Source: Candidatus Eiseniibacteriota bacterium (GTDB lineage: Bacteria; Eisenbacteria; RBG-16-71-46). From it: a stretch of DNA of 64,000 bases. The notes beneath the pieces were generated by a model. It had not been told where the DNA came from. It saw only the letters and a program-made list of their open reading frames with translations, and made no database searches. The stretch covers positions 1 to 64,000 of the forward strand of contig JBGPFC010000003.1 of the NCBI GenBank assembly GCA_041483195.1, read 5' to 3'. Made by a program: the position numbers and the translations under genes. Shown here one piece after another: positions 51,261 through 61,769 of this stretch; position 1 is the stretch's first letter; every line of letters starts with the position of its first letter.

Positions 51261-53807
51261 TTACGGAGCCGGCCTCACAACACGAACACCTTGGCCGCAG
51301 TTGCAAGCATCTCCGGACCCCAGACCGCGGCTGCGTGACGCCGAGCGACAACTCTCCGCCCCAAAGTAATAATGGCCGCCGCGCCGAATTCGTGCTGTGC
51401 CGGAGGCCGGACCGGTGGGATCGACCACGGTACCGGGATAGCTTCCGGCCCAGTCCCAGCACCACTCCGAGACATTTCCGTGCATGTCGTAGAGACCCCA
51501 TGCATTCGGGGCCTTTCCCTTGACGTCGCGAGTCCAGTCCTGACTGTTCCCGCAGTACCATCCCATCAGGTCGAGCTTCGGATCCGAGCAGAAGGTGTCC
51601 GTGATCGGGCCGTTGGCGAATGCTGTCGTGCTCCCTGCCCGGCAGGCGTACTCCCACTCAGATTCGGTCGGAAGTCGGTAGCCATCGGCAGTCTGATTCC
51701 ACTGGACCGTGGCGTTGGAGATGTGGAACCCAAAGCTGTCGATGACCGTGATCGAATAGGCGGGAGTAAACCCTTCACGCGCCGATCTCGCATTGCAGTA
51801 CGCCACGGCGTCGAACCATGTCACAGGGTCCGTGGGGTGATTGTCCCCCGCGTTGAACCAATACTTCGGCCCGAGGAGTTCCTGCCACTCCGCTTGCGTC
51901 ACTTCATGGTCCGACATGTAGAACGCCTTCGAAATCGTGACCTGGTGCTGAGTCTCGTCATTGAGGTAATCCCGGCCGGGCTCGTCCAGCGGGCTTCCCA
52001 TTATGAACGTGCCCGCCGGGATCAGCACCATCCCGCCGGGAGGCGGCGACGAGGTGGTGACGGTGACCGTCCGCGTCGTGGAGTCCGTGAGCCCGCCCGA
52101 ATCCTTCACGCCCAGCTTGATCGTCTTTGTCCCCGTCGATGAGTAGAGATGCGCAGCCGTCTTCGTCGCGGAATACGCGGTGTCCCAGGTGCCATCCGCG
52201 TCCCAGTCCCAGCGCACCTGCAGGGCGGACGACGCATCCTGGGCGTCGGTCGCGCACACGGCGTCGACGGCGAAACTCGTGGCCGTCGTCCCGGAGCTGG
52301 GCGTGACGGCGAAGCACGCCACCGGCCGCGTGTTGTCGCCACCGACCCCGACCACGACGACCTGGGTGGTGGCTCCCACGAGCCCGGTGCCGTCGACTAC
52401 CTCCATGCGGATGGTCTTCGAACCGGGGCTCCCGAACAGGTGCGACGCGGTTCGCGTCGAAGAATAGTCCGAGTCCCACGCATGATCGTCATCCCAGTCC
52501 CAGCGCACCTTGAGAACATTGGGCGCATCCTGGGCGTCGGTCGAGCAGGTCGCGTCGGCCTGAAAGTTCGTGCTCATCGGACCCGTCGGCGGACTCAGCG
52601 AGAAACAAGCCCTGGGGGACTGGGCGAGCATGCGCCGTAGCTGCACGACTCCCTCTCGCCGGTAGTCATGGGCGGCCGTGTTGAGCGGCTCGAGTTTCAA
52701 CCCGATGTCGGCGCCGATCCCGCCGTACACCGTGAGCCAGGGGTTCAGAAGCAGATCTCCCTCGACCTGCCCGAAGGTGTTCAGGTAGACGTAGGGGCCG
52801 ATGATTCCGAACACCTTTGCGGAGATTTCGGGCCCGACCGCGAGCGTTCCGTCGAAGTTTACCGACAGGTCGACGGGAGCCAGCGCGAAGCTCGGCGCCG
52901 ATGCGTCGCCGGAGAAGGTGGCGCCCCCGGGGACATACAACACGTTTGCCGAGAAGCCGCTCGATGCAGTCAGCGTGGTCTGAAATGCCGCGCCCACCGA
53001 GACGCTGCCCCGCACCTTGATCGCCACTTCCGGAGCCACGACGATTCCCAGCGGGCCGAGGGAAGTGCGAAGCGCCCCGGCGGGCACGGTCATGAGCGTC
53101 TTCTCGCCCGAGAATTTCAACCCCACCATCTGGTAGCCGGCCGTGAGCGTGGCCGTGATCGTCCCATCGAACCCGGTGTCCACCCGCTGCACGCTCGCGT
53201 CGACGATGTCGCAGTCGAAGTGGAAATTCGGAGTGATTTCGATATCGCCGTCGACCACGATCTGGTCATTGACGGTGCTCAGATCGGCATCGTTGTCGTT
53301 GACGACGATGTGCTGCATCGTGATCACGATCGAGCCGCCCGTCCCCTCCGTGACCTTGTAGCTCCCCACCCCATAGGGCGTCCGGATGGCCTTGAGCTGG
53401 CTCGCCCGGATCTGCTCGTGGATGCTGATGCTGCCGGTCGTGATCGCGTCGGTCAGCGCCGCCGGGCCCGTCAGGACGACGAGCTGCCCGGCGGAGGGCG
53501 TCACCGAGACGACCTTGCGGAGGAACCCTTCCCCGCTGTCGCTCACGATCACATCGCCGGGCTTCAGGGCGGCGATGCGGGTCGCGCCGCCGTCGAACAC
53601 CAGGGTGTCCTTGTCGCTCGTCGCGGAGACGAGCGCGCCCATGTCCGAGGCGTCGAGCATCTTCGTCGTCTCCGGGATCACGACCGGGCGGTTGGGCTGG
53701 GTCGGGTTGGGCCGGGTGGGGTGCGAATGCTTACTGCACGATGAGACGAGCAGCGCCACGATCGAGGCCACGACCGCGGCAGTCCAATGCGTCCTGCGCC
53801 GAGCCAT
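51261..53807 (-). CDS. Lipoprotein with two PKD-like domains and a C-terminal FGE-sulfatase (SUMF1-like) domain
   Basis: Lipobox LVSSC; two VRWDWD PKD repeats; IPAGTFIMGS, EVTQ, RLPTESEWEYACRAG, PNAWGLYDMHGNVSEWC and RRGG. Confidence 0.85.
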   Translation of the reverse strand: MARRRTHWTAAVVASIVALLVSSCSKHSHPTRPNPTQPNRPVVIPETTKMLDASDMGALVSATSDKDTLVFDGGATRIAALKPGDVIVSDSGEGFLRKVVSVTPSAGQLVVLTGPAALTDAITTGSISIHEQIRASQLKAIRTPYGVGSYKVTEGTGGSIVITMQHIVVNDNDADLSTVNDQIVVDGDIEITPNFHFDCDIVDASVQRVDTGFDGTITATLTAGYQMVGLKFSGEKTLMTVPAGALRTSLGPLGIVVAPEVAIKVRGSVSVGAAFQTTLTASSGFSANVLYVPGGATFSGDASAPSFALAPVDLSVNFDGTLAVGPEISAKVFGIIGPYVYLNTFGQVEGDLLLNPWLTVYGGIGADIGLKLEPLNTAAHDYRREGVVQLRRMLAQSPRACFSLSPPTGPMSTNFQADATCSTDAQDAPNVLKVRWDWDDDHAWDSDYSSTRTASHLFGSPGSKTIRMEVVDGTGLVGATTQVVVVGVGGDNTRPVACFAVTPSSGTTATSFAVDAVCATDAQDASSALQVRWDWDADGTWDTAYSATKTAAHLYSSTGTKTIKLGVKDSGGLTDSTTRTVTVTTSSPPPGGMVLIPAGTFIMGSPLDEPGRDYLNDETQHQVTISKAFYMSDHEVTQAEWQELLGPKYWFNAGDNHPTDPVTWFDAVAYCNARSAREGFTPAYSITVIDSFGFHISNATVQWNQTADGYRLPTESEWEYACRAGSTTAFANGPITDTFCSDPKLDLMGWYCGNSQDWTRDVKGKAPNAWGLYDMHGNVSEWCWDWAGSYPGTVVDPTGPASGTARIRRGGHYYFGAESCRSASRSRGLGSGDACNCGQGVRVVRPAP

Positions 53808-53998
53808 GGTGCACAGCCCCCCGGATGCGATGGAACACTGGTGTCTTGATCGAACCGGACGGGACTGCGTCGGGTTGGTCGTCGAGTGACGACTACGCGA
53901 GACGGCACTGGCAAGCGTACGCGATCATGAACGATGAGGCGGGCCGACACAAGCTCCGCACCGTCCCGAACTCGAGCGAGGCCGCGCGCCTCTCGCCC

Positions 53999-54775
53999 CT
54001 ACCGCGCGCTCGCGAGCGCCCGCCCTCCGTCGATCGACATGGTCGCGCCCGTGATCCACGCCGCGGCGTCGCTCAGCAGGTAGCACACCAGGCTCGCGAC
54101 CTCCTCGGCCTGCCCCACGCGTCCGATCGGATGCGTGGCTTTCGAGCGCTCGAGGAATCCCGCGTAGTCGGGCACGGCGTTGGTCACGGTGTGGAGCTCG
54201 GTCACCACCACGCCCGGGTTCACGGCGTTCACGCGCACGCCGTGCGGCGCGAAGTCGAGCGCTGCGCAGCGCGTGTACTGATCCACCGCGGCTTTGGTCA
54301 CGCAGTAGGCCGCGAGATTCGCGTAGGGGCGAAGGCCCCCGACCGATGAGATGTTGACGATCGCGCCCTTGCGCTTGATCAGCTCGGGCGCCGCGGCACT
54401 GGTGAGCAGGAAGAGCGATCGCACGTTGGAGTCCATCATGCGATCCCACTCCGCGACCGGGGTCTGGTACGCGCTGCCGGGGCCGAGCACGCCCGCCGCG
54501 TTCACGAGCCCGTCGAGCCCGCCATAGCGGGTGGCCGCCTCCTGCACCCACGCCGCGCAGGTCGCCTCGTCTCGCACGTCGCCGGTCACGGCGGCGGCCT
54601 CGCCTCCCGCCGCGCGGATCTCCTCGACCACCTCGTTCAGCCGGTCGCGGCGGCGGCCAGCCGCGATCAGGCGCGCGCCCTCGCGGCCCAGCATGTGCGC
54701 GCACGCGCGGCCGATGCCGCTCGAGGCGCCGGTCACGAGCATCGCGCGGTTCTTGAAGCGTGACGTGTCGGTCAT
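53999..54775 (-). CDS. SDR family oxidoreductase
   Basis: TGASSGIG, NAAG, YCVTK, VRVNAVNPG and IDGG. Confidence 0.93.
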   Translation of the reverse strand: MTDTSRFKNRAMLVTGASSGIGRACAHMLGREGARLIAAGRRRDRLNEVVEEIRAAGGEAAAVTGDVRDEATCAAWVQEAATRYGGLDGLVNAAGVLGPGSAYQTPVAEWDRMMDSNVRSLFLLTSAAAPELIKRKGAIVNISSVGGLRPYANLAAYCVTKAAVDQYTRCAALDFAPHGVRVNAVNPGVVVTELHTVTNAVPDYAGFLERSKATHPIGRVGQAEEVASLVCYLLSDAAAWITGATMSIDGGRALASAR

Positions 54776-55038
54776 CGAAGCGCTCCGGGTTGATGGAGGT
54801 GGGGGTTCAGACCGCGCGACGTTAGCCAATGGCGCGCGCCGCGTCCATGCGCCGCGCGCGATGGCCCGCGCGGCACGCACGCAACACGCGTGCGCCGCCA
54901 TGTTTCTCGCCGCCGCGCTTGATTCTCGCGCATCGCTCTGTTATCCCTGCGCTGACTCACGCGCATCGCGCCGCGTGCCGCGCTGGCCCTGTCCGATCGC
55001 TGGGCCACGCAAGCTCTCACCGCTACCAGGGACGGGTC

Positions 55039-57066
55039 ATGCCGCTCGCGGAGCTGGACGGCAGCCTGCTCGCCGCCGGCATCTGGGGTCTCGCGGCGGC
55101 GGCGCTGCTCGCTGCCCTCCCGATCCGCGCGGCCGGCGGCCCGTTCTCCCCAGCATCACGCGCGGCGATCGCCCGCACGTTCGCGATCGCGGCATCGCTC
55201 GCGCTCGCGCTGGTCGGCGGGCTCGGCCTCGCCGGCATCACGCCCGCCTCGCTCCAGTGGTGGCCGGGGCTGCCGGGCGATCCGTTCACGCTCGGGGCCG
55301 ACGCGCTCGCCGCGCCATTCCTGCTGCTGCTCGGCATCCTCGCCGCGGTGTCGTTCGTGCCGAAGCAGCAGGGCGCCCCGCTCGCGCTGCACGCGGGGTT
55401 CGCGCTCGCGCTGGCCGCGGCATTCGCGTCGCAGCACGCGCTGCTGTTCCTGCTCGCGTGGGAGGGCATGACGCTGCTCTCGGCGGCGCTGGTCGCGAGC
55501 GACACGCGCAGCGCGCGCGCGCGCCGCGCAGCCTTCGTCTACCTCGCGCTCTCGCAGCTCGGCAGCGCCGCGATGGCATTCGGGCTGCTGCGCCTCTCCG
55601 CGCTCGCGGGATCGTTCGCATTCCCGGATCTCGCGCTCGCGCTCGGGCGCATGGCGCCCAACGACGCCGCCACCATCGTGTGGCTCATGAGCGCGGGCTT
55701 CATCGTGAAGCTCGGGCTGGTGCCGCTCCACGTGTGGCTGCCGCTCGCGCACCCCGAGGCCCCTGCACCGGTCTCTGCGCTGCTCTCTGGCGCGATGGTC
55801 AAGGCCGGGCTCTACGGCCTGCTGCGCTTCGGCTGGCAGATGCCGGGCGCGCCGCTCATGGGATGGGGCGTGACGCTCGCGGTGCTCGGCACGCTCTCGG
55901 CGCTGGTCGGCGCGCTCTACGCGGTGGTCGAGCCCGACGCGAAGCGCCTGCTCGCCTACTCCACGGTCAAGCACGCGGGGCTCCTCGCGATGGCGCTGGG
56001 CGTCGCGGCGACTCTGCTGCGCGCGGGCCACGTCCCGCTCGCGGGCGTCGCGCTCGCGGCGTGCATGGTGCACATGATCGGGCACGGGCTCTCGAAGGGG
56101 CTCGCGTTCTTCTCGATCGGCGAGGCGGTGCACGCGGCCGGCACCCGCGACCTCGAGAAGCTGGGCGGGCTCGCGCGCCGGCTCCCGCGGCTCTCGGTGA
56201 GCGCGCTGATCGCGACGCTCGCGCTGTGCGGCTTGCCGCCGTTCGCGTGCTTCGCCGGCGAGTGGCTGCTGTTCCAGGCGCTGATCCTCGGCTTCTCGGC
56301 GGGGGCGGGCGTGCTGCGGCTGATCGCGCCGTTCACCGCGGCGGGGCTCGCGCTCGCGACCGCGCTCTCGGCCGCCGCGCTCGCCAAGCTCTACGGCATC
56401 GGGTTCCTCGGCCGCCCGCGCAGCGCGGAGGCCGCGGCCGCGCATCCCGCGCCGCCGGCTTTCGAGTGGGCGCTGATCGCGCTCGCGGCCGTGGGCGTCG
56501 CGTGGGGGCTCGGCGCGCCGTGGGCGGTGCAGGCGCTCGCGAGCCCGATCGCTGCGGTGCTCGGGCCGGGGTTCGACGCGGCCTCGCTCGCGGGCTACGG
56601 CGGGTTCACGCTCGCCATCCCGCCCGCGACCTTCGCCAGCATCTCGCCGATCTCGGTCGCGGTGCTGATCGCGCTGTTCGTCGCGATCGCGTTCGCGTGG
56701 GCCAGCGTGCTCGGCTACCGGCTGCCGGTGCGGCGCGCGCCGTCGTGGGCGTGCGGCATCACGCTGGATTCGCGCATGCAGTATTCGGCGCTCGGACTCA
56801 CCAAGCCGCTGCGGCTGATCTTCAAGCCGGTGCTCCGCCACGAGCGCGAGGTCGAGGTGCTCGAAGAGGGCTCGCCCTACTTCGCGCGCAAGTACCGCTA
56901 CCGCGCCGGCGTGCCGCACATCGTCGAGCGCATCGCCTACCAGCCGTTCGTGCAGATGGTGTTCTGGGCGTCGGAGCAGGCGCGGCGCCTCCAGTCGGGC
57001 AGCCTCCACCTCTACCTCGCGTACGTGCTCGTGACGCTCGTTGCGCTCCTCATGTGGGCGCGCTGA
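55039..57066 (+). CDS. hyfB: Hydrogenase-4 component B-like antiporter subunit
   Basis: WEGM, KLGLVPLHVWLPLAHPEAPAPVSALLSG, KRLLAYST and WACG. Confidence 0.88.
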   Translation: MPLAELDGSLLAAGIWGLAAAALLAALPIRAAGGPFSPASRAAIARTFAIAASLALALVGGLGLAGITPASLQWWPGLPGDPFTLGADALAAPFLLLLGILAAVSFVPKQQGAPLALHAGFALALAAAFASQHALLFLLAWEGMTLLSAALVASDTRSARARRAAFVYLALSQLGSAAMAFGLLRLSALAGSFAFPDLALALGRMAPNDAATIVWLMSAGFIVKLGLVPLHVWLPLAHPEAPAPVSALLSGAMVKAGLYGLLRFGWQMPGAPLMGWGVTLAVLGTLSALVGALYAVVEPDAKRLLAYSTVKHAGLLAMALGVAATLLRAGHVPLAGVALAACMVHMIGHGLSKGLAFFSIGEAVHAAGTRDLEKLGGLARRLPRLSVSALIATLALCGLPPFACFAGEWLLFQALILGFSAGAGVLRLIAPFTAAGLALATALSAAALAKLYGIGFLGRPRSAEAAAAHPAPPAFEWALIALAAVGVAWGLGAPWAVQALASPIAAVLGPGFDAASLAGYGGFTLAIPPATFASISPISVAVLIALFVAIAFAWASVLGYRLPVRRAPSWACGITLDSRMQYSALGLTKPLRLIFKPVLRHEREVEVLEEGSPYFARKYRYRAGVPHIVERIAYQPFVQMVFWASEQARRLQSGSLHLYLAYVLVTLVALLMWAR

Positions 57067-57067
57067 C

Positions 57068-58009
57068 GTGAACGCCGCGCTGGTGATCGCGCAGGCGGTG
57101 CTGCTCATCGCGCTCGCGCCGCTCCTGAACGGCGTGATCGCAGCGCTCAAGGCGCGTCTCCAGATGCGGCGCGGCGCGCCGGTGTGGCAGCGCTACAGCG
57201 ACCTCGCGCGGCTCTTCCACAAGGAGTCGATCGTCTCGACCGACGCATCGTGGCTCGCGCGCGTCACGCCTTACATCGCGCTCGGCGCTTCGCTCGCGGT
57301 CGCGACCTGGACGCCGGTGCTGCTCGCCGAGAACGGGATGTCGTTCGCGGGGGACCTGGTCATGACGGTCGCGCTGCTGGCGCTGGTGCGCGTGCTGCAG
57401 GCGCTCGCCGCGCTCGAGGCCGGCACCGCGTTCGGCGGGATGGCCGCGAGCCGCCACCTCGCGCTCTCGGCGCTGGCCGAGCCGGCGCTGATGCTGGCGG
57501 TGTTCACGCTCGCGATCGCGGCGCACAGCACCGATCTCTCGAAGATCAGCCGCGCGGTCGCGCTCGCGCCGCACGGCTGGCTCTCGCCCTCCCACCTGCT
57601 GGCGCTCGCTGCGATGTGGCTGGTGGTCGTGTCCGAGACCGGCCGCGTGCCGGTCGACAATCCGGTCACGCACCTCGAGCTGACCATGGTGCACGAGGGG
57701 CTGGTGCTGGATTACAGCGGGCGCCACCTCGCGCTGCTCGAGTGGGCGGCGGCGGTGCGGCAGATGGTGTTGTTCACGCTGCTCGCGAACCTGTTCCTGC
57801 CGTGGGGCATCGCGCTCGAGCCCGGCGCAGCCGCGATCGGCACGGCGCTCGCGGCGTGGGGCGGCAAGCTGCTGGTGTTCGCGATCGCGGTCGCGATCAC
57901 CGAGTCGGTCACGGCCAAGATGCGCCTGTTCCGCGTTCCGGAATTTCTCGGCATGGCGTTCCTGCTCTCGCTGCTCGCGCTCACCTCCGACTCGCTGCTC
58001 CGCGGATGA
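57068..58009 (+). CDS. hyfC: Hydrogenase-4 component C (NuoH-like)
   Basis: KARLQMRRG, AFGGMAASR and ETGRVPVDNPVTHLELTMVHE. Confidence 0.9.
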   Translation: MNAALVIAQAVLLIALAPLLNGVIAALKARLQMRRGAPVWQRYSDLARLFHKESIVSTDASWLARVTPYIALGASLAVATWTPVLLAENGMSFAGDLVMTVALLALVRVLQALAALEAGTAFGGMAASRHLALSALAEPALMLAVFTLAIAAHSTDLSKISRAVALAPHGWLSPSHLLALAAMWLVVVSETGRVPVDNPVTHLELTMVHEGLVLDYSGRHLALLEWAAAVRQMVLFTLLANLFLPWGIALEPGAAAIGTALAAWGGKLLVFAIAVAITESVTAKMRLFRVPEFLGMAFLLSLLALTSDSLLRG

Positions 58010-58680
58010 ACTTCCCGATCGCGGAGTGGCTGCCCACCTCGAGCGCCATCAACCTGCTGGCCGGCGTGTTCCTGCTGAGCGCGCTCTACGCGCTGAGCCA
58101 GCGCCGCACCGCCGCCTGCATCGCCGGCTACGCGTGGAACTCGATCAGCCTCGGCGGGATCGCGCTGCTGGTCGCGGCGCAGACTCACGCGCGCCACATC
58201 TGGTTCGCGGCGGCGCTGGTGCTGGCGGTGAAGGGCTTCCTGATCCCGAGACTGCTGCGGCGCACGCTGGCGCGCCTCAAGACGCGAGCAGAGGCCGAGC
58301 CGTTCCTCAGCATCCCCGCCTCCTCGCTGATCGGCGGCGCGCTGGTCGCGCTCGCGTTCAGCCAGACCCGCGAGCTGTTCGGCGCGGGCACCACGATTCT
58401 CGCGGCATGCCTGCCGATCTCGGTCGCGACCGCGCTGGTCGGGCTGCTGCTGATGGTGACGAGGCCGCAGGCGCTCATGATGGTGGTGGGGCTGGTGCTG
58501 CTCGAGAACGCGATCTTCCTGGCCGCGGTCTCGCTCACCTACGGCATGCCGCTGGTGGTCGAGATGGGCGTGCTGCTCGACATCCTGGTGGGCGTGGCGC
58601 TGCTCGGGCTCTTCGTCGGGCGCATCGAGGAGAGCTTCGAGTCGGCCGACATCTCACGTCTCACGTCGCTCAAGGGCTGA
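58006..58680 (+). CDS. hyfE: Hydrogenase-4 component E
   Basis: Multi-TM; LENAI and MPLVVEMGVLLD; ATGA overlap with hyfC. Confidence 0.87.
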   Translation: MNFPIAEWLPTSSAINLLAGVFLLSALYALSQRRTAACIAGYAWNSISLGGIALLVAAQTHARHIWFAAALVLAVKGFLIPRLLRRTLARLKTRAEAEPFLSIPASSLIGGALVALAFSQTRELFGAGTTILAACLPISVATALVGLLLMVTRPQALMMVVGLVLLENAIFLAAVSLTYGMPLVVEMGVLLDILVGVALLGLFVGRIEESFESADISRLTSLKG

Positions 58681-58682
58681 GC

Positions 58683-60146
58683 ATGCTCTGGATCCTGCCG
58701 CTCGCACTCGCCGCCCCGGTCACCGCCGCGCTGTGCCTCGCCTTCGGCGGCTCGCGCGCGCGCGCGCGGATCGCGATCGGGGGCGCGGCGCTGGTGCTCG
58801 CGCTCGCGCTCCGCCTCGCGTGGCGGGTGCTCTCGGGCGGGCCGATCGTCGCCGCCAACGGTTGGCTCGCGGCCGATGCGCTCTCGGCGCTGCTCGCATG
58901 CATCATCGGCGGGGTGGGACTCGCGAGCGCGTGGTACGGCAATTCCTACATGGCGCACGAGGGGCAGGGCCATGAGTCGGCGGGCTGGGCCGCCGGCCGC
59001 TACGAGGCGCTGTTCCATCTGCTGCTCGGCTCGCTGGTGGTCGCCGCAGTCGCCAACAACCTGGGCCTGCTGTGGGTCGCGATCGAGGCCAGCACGCTCG
59101 GCTCGGCGCTGCTGGTGGGCTACTACCGCCGGCCCGGCGCGGTCGAGGCCGCGTGGAAGTATCTCATTCTGTGCTCGGTCGGCATCACGCTCGCGCTGCT
59201 CGCGACCGTGCTCCTCTATTACTCGGCGGTCGGCAGCTTCGGCGAGAGCGGCGCCGGCCTCCAGTGGACGGCGTTGCGCGACGTCGCGCCGCGCCTCGAG
59301 CCGCGCTTCGTGCGGCTCGCGTTCCTGTTCGCGCTGGTGGGCTACGGGACCAAGGCCGGGCTCGCGCCGATGCACACCTGGCTGCCCGATGCGCACAGCC
59401 AGGCGCCGACTCCGGTCTCGGCGCTGCTCTCCGCCGCGCTGCTCGCGACCGCTCTGGTGGCGCTGCTCCGCTTCCACGCGCTCGCGGTGCGCTGCGTCGG
59501 ACCGGCGTACTCCGAGGGCCTGCTCGTGTTCTTCGGGCTCGCCTCGATGGCGGTCGCGGTCCCGTTCATGGTGATCCAGGGCGACTACAAGCGCCTGCTC
59601 GCGTACTCGAGCGTCGAGCACACCGGGCTCGTGACGCTCGCGGTCGGACTCGGCTCGCCGCTCGCGCTGCTGGGCGGGATGTTTCATCTCGTGAACCACG
59701 CGCTCGCGAAGACGCTCGCGTTCCTGGTCGGCGGCTCGCTCGGAGGCGGGATCGGCTCGCGCCGGATGGATCACTGGAGCGGCGTGATCGAATCGTCGGC
59801 GCCGCTCGGCGCGCTGTTCGTGGTGGCGGGCGTGGCGCTCGCGGGGCTCCCGCCCACCGCGCTCTTCCTCTCGGAGTGGTTGGTGATGCTGGGCGGGCTC
59901 CGCGCGGGCAAGCAGGCCGCCGTGATCGTGGCGCTGCTGGCACTGGCGGTGGTGTTCGTCGCGCTCGCGTTCCACTGGACGCGCATGGCGCTCGGCAAGC
60001 CGCGCGCGCCGTTCACCGATCCGCTGCCCGCATCTTCGCACCGCCCGCTGTGGCTGCTCGCGACCGCCGTGATCCTGCTCGGCGTGTGGCTGCCGGGGCC
60101 GATGCGCGCGCTGATGGAGCAGGCGGCGCGGGTGATCAAGCCATGA
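58683..60146 (+). CDS. hyfF: Hydrogenase-4 component F antiporter-like subunit
   Basis: WVAIEASTL, EAAWKYLILC, GYGTKAGLAPMHTWLPDAHS and KRLLAYSSVEH. Confidence 0.9.
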   Translation: MLWILPLALAAPVTAALCLAFGGSRARARIAIGGAALVLALALRLAWRVLSGGPIVAANGWLAADALSALLACIIGGVGLASAWYGNSYMAHEGQGHESAGWAAGRYEALFHLLLGSLVVAAVANNLGLLWVAIEASTLGSALLVGYYRRPGAVEAAWKYLILCSVGITLALLATVLLYYSAVGSFGESGAGLQWTALRDVAPRLEPRFVRLAFLFALVGYGTKAGLAPMHTWLPDAHSQAPTPVSALLSAALLATALVALLRFHALAVRCVGPAYSEGLLVFFGLASMAVAVPFMVIQGDYKRLLAYSSVEHTGLVTLAVGLGSPLALLGGMFHLVNHALAKTLAFLVGGSLGGGIGSRRMDHWSGVIESSAPLGALFVVAGVALAGLPPTALFLSEWLVMLGGLRAGKQAAVIVALLALAVVFVALAFHWTRMALGKPRAPFTDPLPASSHRPLWLLATAVILLGVWLPGPMRALMEQAARVIKP

Positions 60147-61750
60147 GCTTAGGCAGAAGCGGCGAGCTGTTTCCGCTCGCCGTCGCGCTGCGCGGACTCC
60201 AGCAGCGCTTCGCCGACGCGGTGATCGACGCCGACCGCGGCAGCCTGCGCGAACACCTGGTGGTGGTGCCGGCCGCGCGCCTGCGCGAGGTCGCGAACGC
60301 GCTGCAGAACGAGTGGGGCGGCACGCTGGTCACGGCGTTCGCGCTCGACGAGCGCGAGCCGCACGGGCGATTCCGCATGCACCTGCTGTTCTCGATGGCG
60401 CCGGAAGACGCGGTGCTCACGCTGATCGCGGCCGTCCCCGGCGACGACCCGCGCTATCCCGCGATCACGCCGGCCGTGCCGGCCGCGCACTGGCTCGAGC
60501 GCGAGATGCGGGATCTGATGGGCGTGATCCCCGATGGCCACCCCGACCCGCGGCCGCTGGTCGCGCACGACGGCTGGCCGCGCGGCGCGCATCCGCTGCG
60601 CAAGGACTTCGTCCCGCCCGCCGAATGGTCGTGGGCGCCGCGCTTCGGGTTCACGCCGGTCGAGGGCGACGGCGTGTTCGAGATCCCGGTGGGGCCGATC
60701 CACGCCGGCGTCATCGAGCCCGGGCACTTTCGATTCTCGACCGTCGGCGAGGCGATCCTCAAGCTCGACGTGAAGCTCGGGTGGAAATACCGCGGCCTCG
60801 AGACGCTGGCGCAGGGCCAGCCGATCCAGCGCGGGCTCGAGCTGGCCGAGCGCACCTGCGGCCTGTGCGCGTTCTCGCACGCGCTCGCGTTCTCGCAGGC
60901 GGTCGAGGAGTCGGGCGGCGTGCTCGCGCCGCAGCGCGCGCGCGCGATTCGCTCGCTCGCGGCCGAGCTGGAGCGCCTCTACAACCACGCCGGCGACATC
61001 GCCGGGATCCTCACCGACGTCGCGTACACCGTGGGCGCCTCCGAGGGGCTGCGCATCAAGGAGGTGCTCCAGCAGGTGAACGACGCGCTGTTCGGCCACC
61101 GCTTCCTGCGCGGCGTGTGCGTCCCGGGCGGCGTCGCGCGCGACCTCGACGACGGGCAACAGCACTGGCTCCGCCTCGTGCTGCATGAGGTGCGCGCCGA
61201 CCTCGAGGCGCTGGTGCGCACCGCGAGCGCGAACGCGGCGGTGATGGATCGCCTCAACGGCACCGGCACGCTGAGCGCTGCGATCGCGCGCGACCTGGGC
61301 GTGGTGGGCCCCGCCGCGCGCGCGGCGGGGATCGCCCGTGACGCGCGGCGCGATCATCCGTGCGCGTTCTACCGCGACCTCGATTTTCGCGTGGTCACCC
61401 GCACCGCGGGCGACGTGTTCGCGCGGTTCGAGGTTAAGGCCGAGGAGATCCACGAATCGCTCAACATCATCGATCAGATGCTGCTGCACCTGCCGGGCGG
61501 GCCGCTCGCGGCGCCGCTCGGGGCGATCCCGGCGGGGGCCGCGGGGCTCTCGATGGTGGAGTCGCCGCGCGGACTGCTCACGCACTGGCTGCGCGCCGGC
61601 GAGCGCGGCACGATCGACGCGTGGCGCGTGCGATCGGCGTCGCACGCCAACTGGCCGGCGGTCGCGCTCGCGGTGCTCGACAACATCGTTCCCGACTTCC
61701 CGCTGATCAACAAGTCGTTCAACCTGTGCTACGCGTGCGTGGACCGCTGA
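60143..61750 (+). CDS. hyfG: Group 4 [NiFe]-hydrogenase large subunit (NuoC+NuoD-like fusion)
   Basis: ERE..DL.G..P.GHPD, GPIHAGVIEPGHFRF, L1 ERTCGLC, ESPRG and L2 NLCYACVDR-stop. Confidence 0.88.
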   Translation: MSLGRSGELFPLAVALRGLQQRFADAVIDADRGSLREHLVVVPAARLREVANALQNEWGGTLVTAFALDEREPHGRFRMHLLFSMAPEDAVLTLIAAVPGDDPRYPAITPAVPAAHWLEREMRDLMGVIPDGHPDPRPLVAHDGWPRGAHPLRKDFVPPAEWSWAPRFGFTPVEGDGVFEIPVGPIHAGVIEPGHFRFSTVGEAILKLDVKLGWKYRGLETLAQGQPIQRGLELAERTCGLCAFSHALAFSQAVEESGGVLAPQRARAIRSLAAELERLYNHAGDIAGILTDVAYTVGASEGLRIKEVLQQVNDALFGHRFLRGVCVPGGVARDLDDGQQHWLRLVLHEVRADLEALVRTASANAAVMDRLNGTGTLSAAIARDLGVVGPAARAAGIARDARRDHPCAFYRDLDFRVVTRTAGDVFARFEVKAEEIHESLNIIDQMLLHLPGGPLAAPLGAIPAGAAGLSMVESPRGLLTHWLRAGERGTIDAWRVRSASHANWPAVALAVLDNIVPDFPLINKSFNLCYACVDR

Positions 61751-61769
61751 GGCGAGGGGCGAGGGCGTC

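Noticed and set aside
51261..51420. Diversity-generating retroelement variable region
   Set aside because: No template repeat or reverse transcriptase lies within the window; kept only as a check under findings.
57184..60142. Long N-terminal extensions on hyfE, hyfF and hyfG in the ORF track
   Set aside because: They are off-frame overlaps; coupled starts at 58006, 58683 and 60143 give family-typical lengths.
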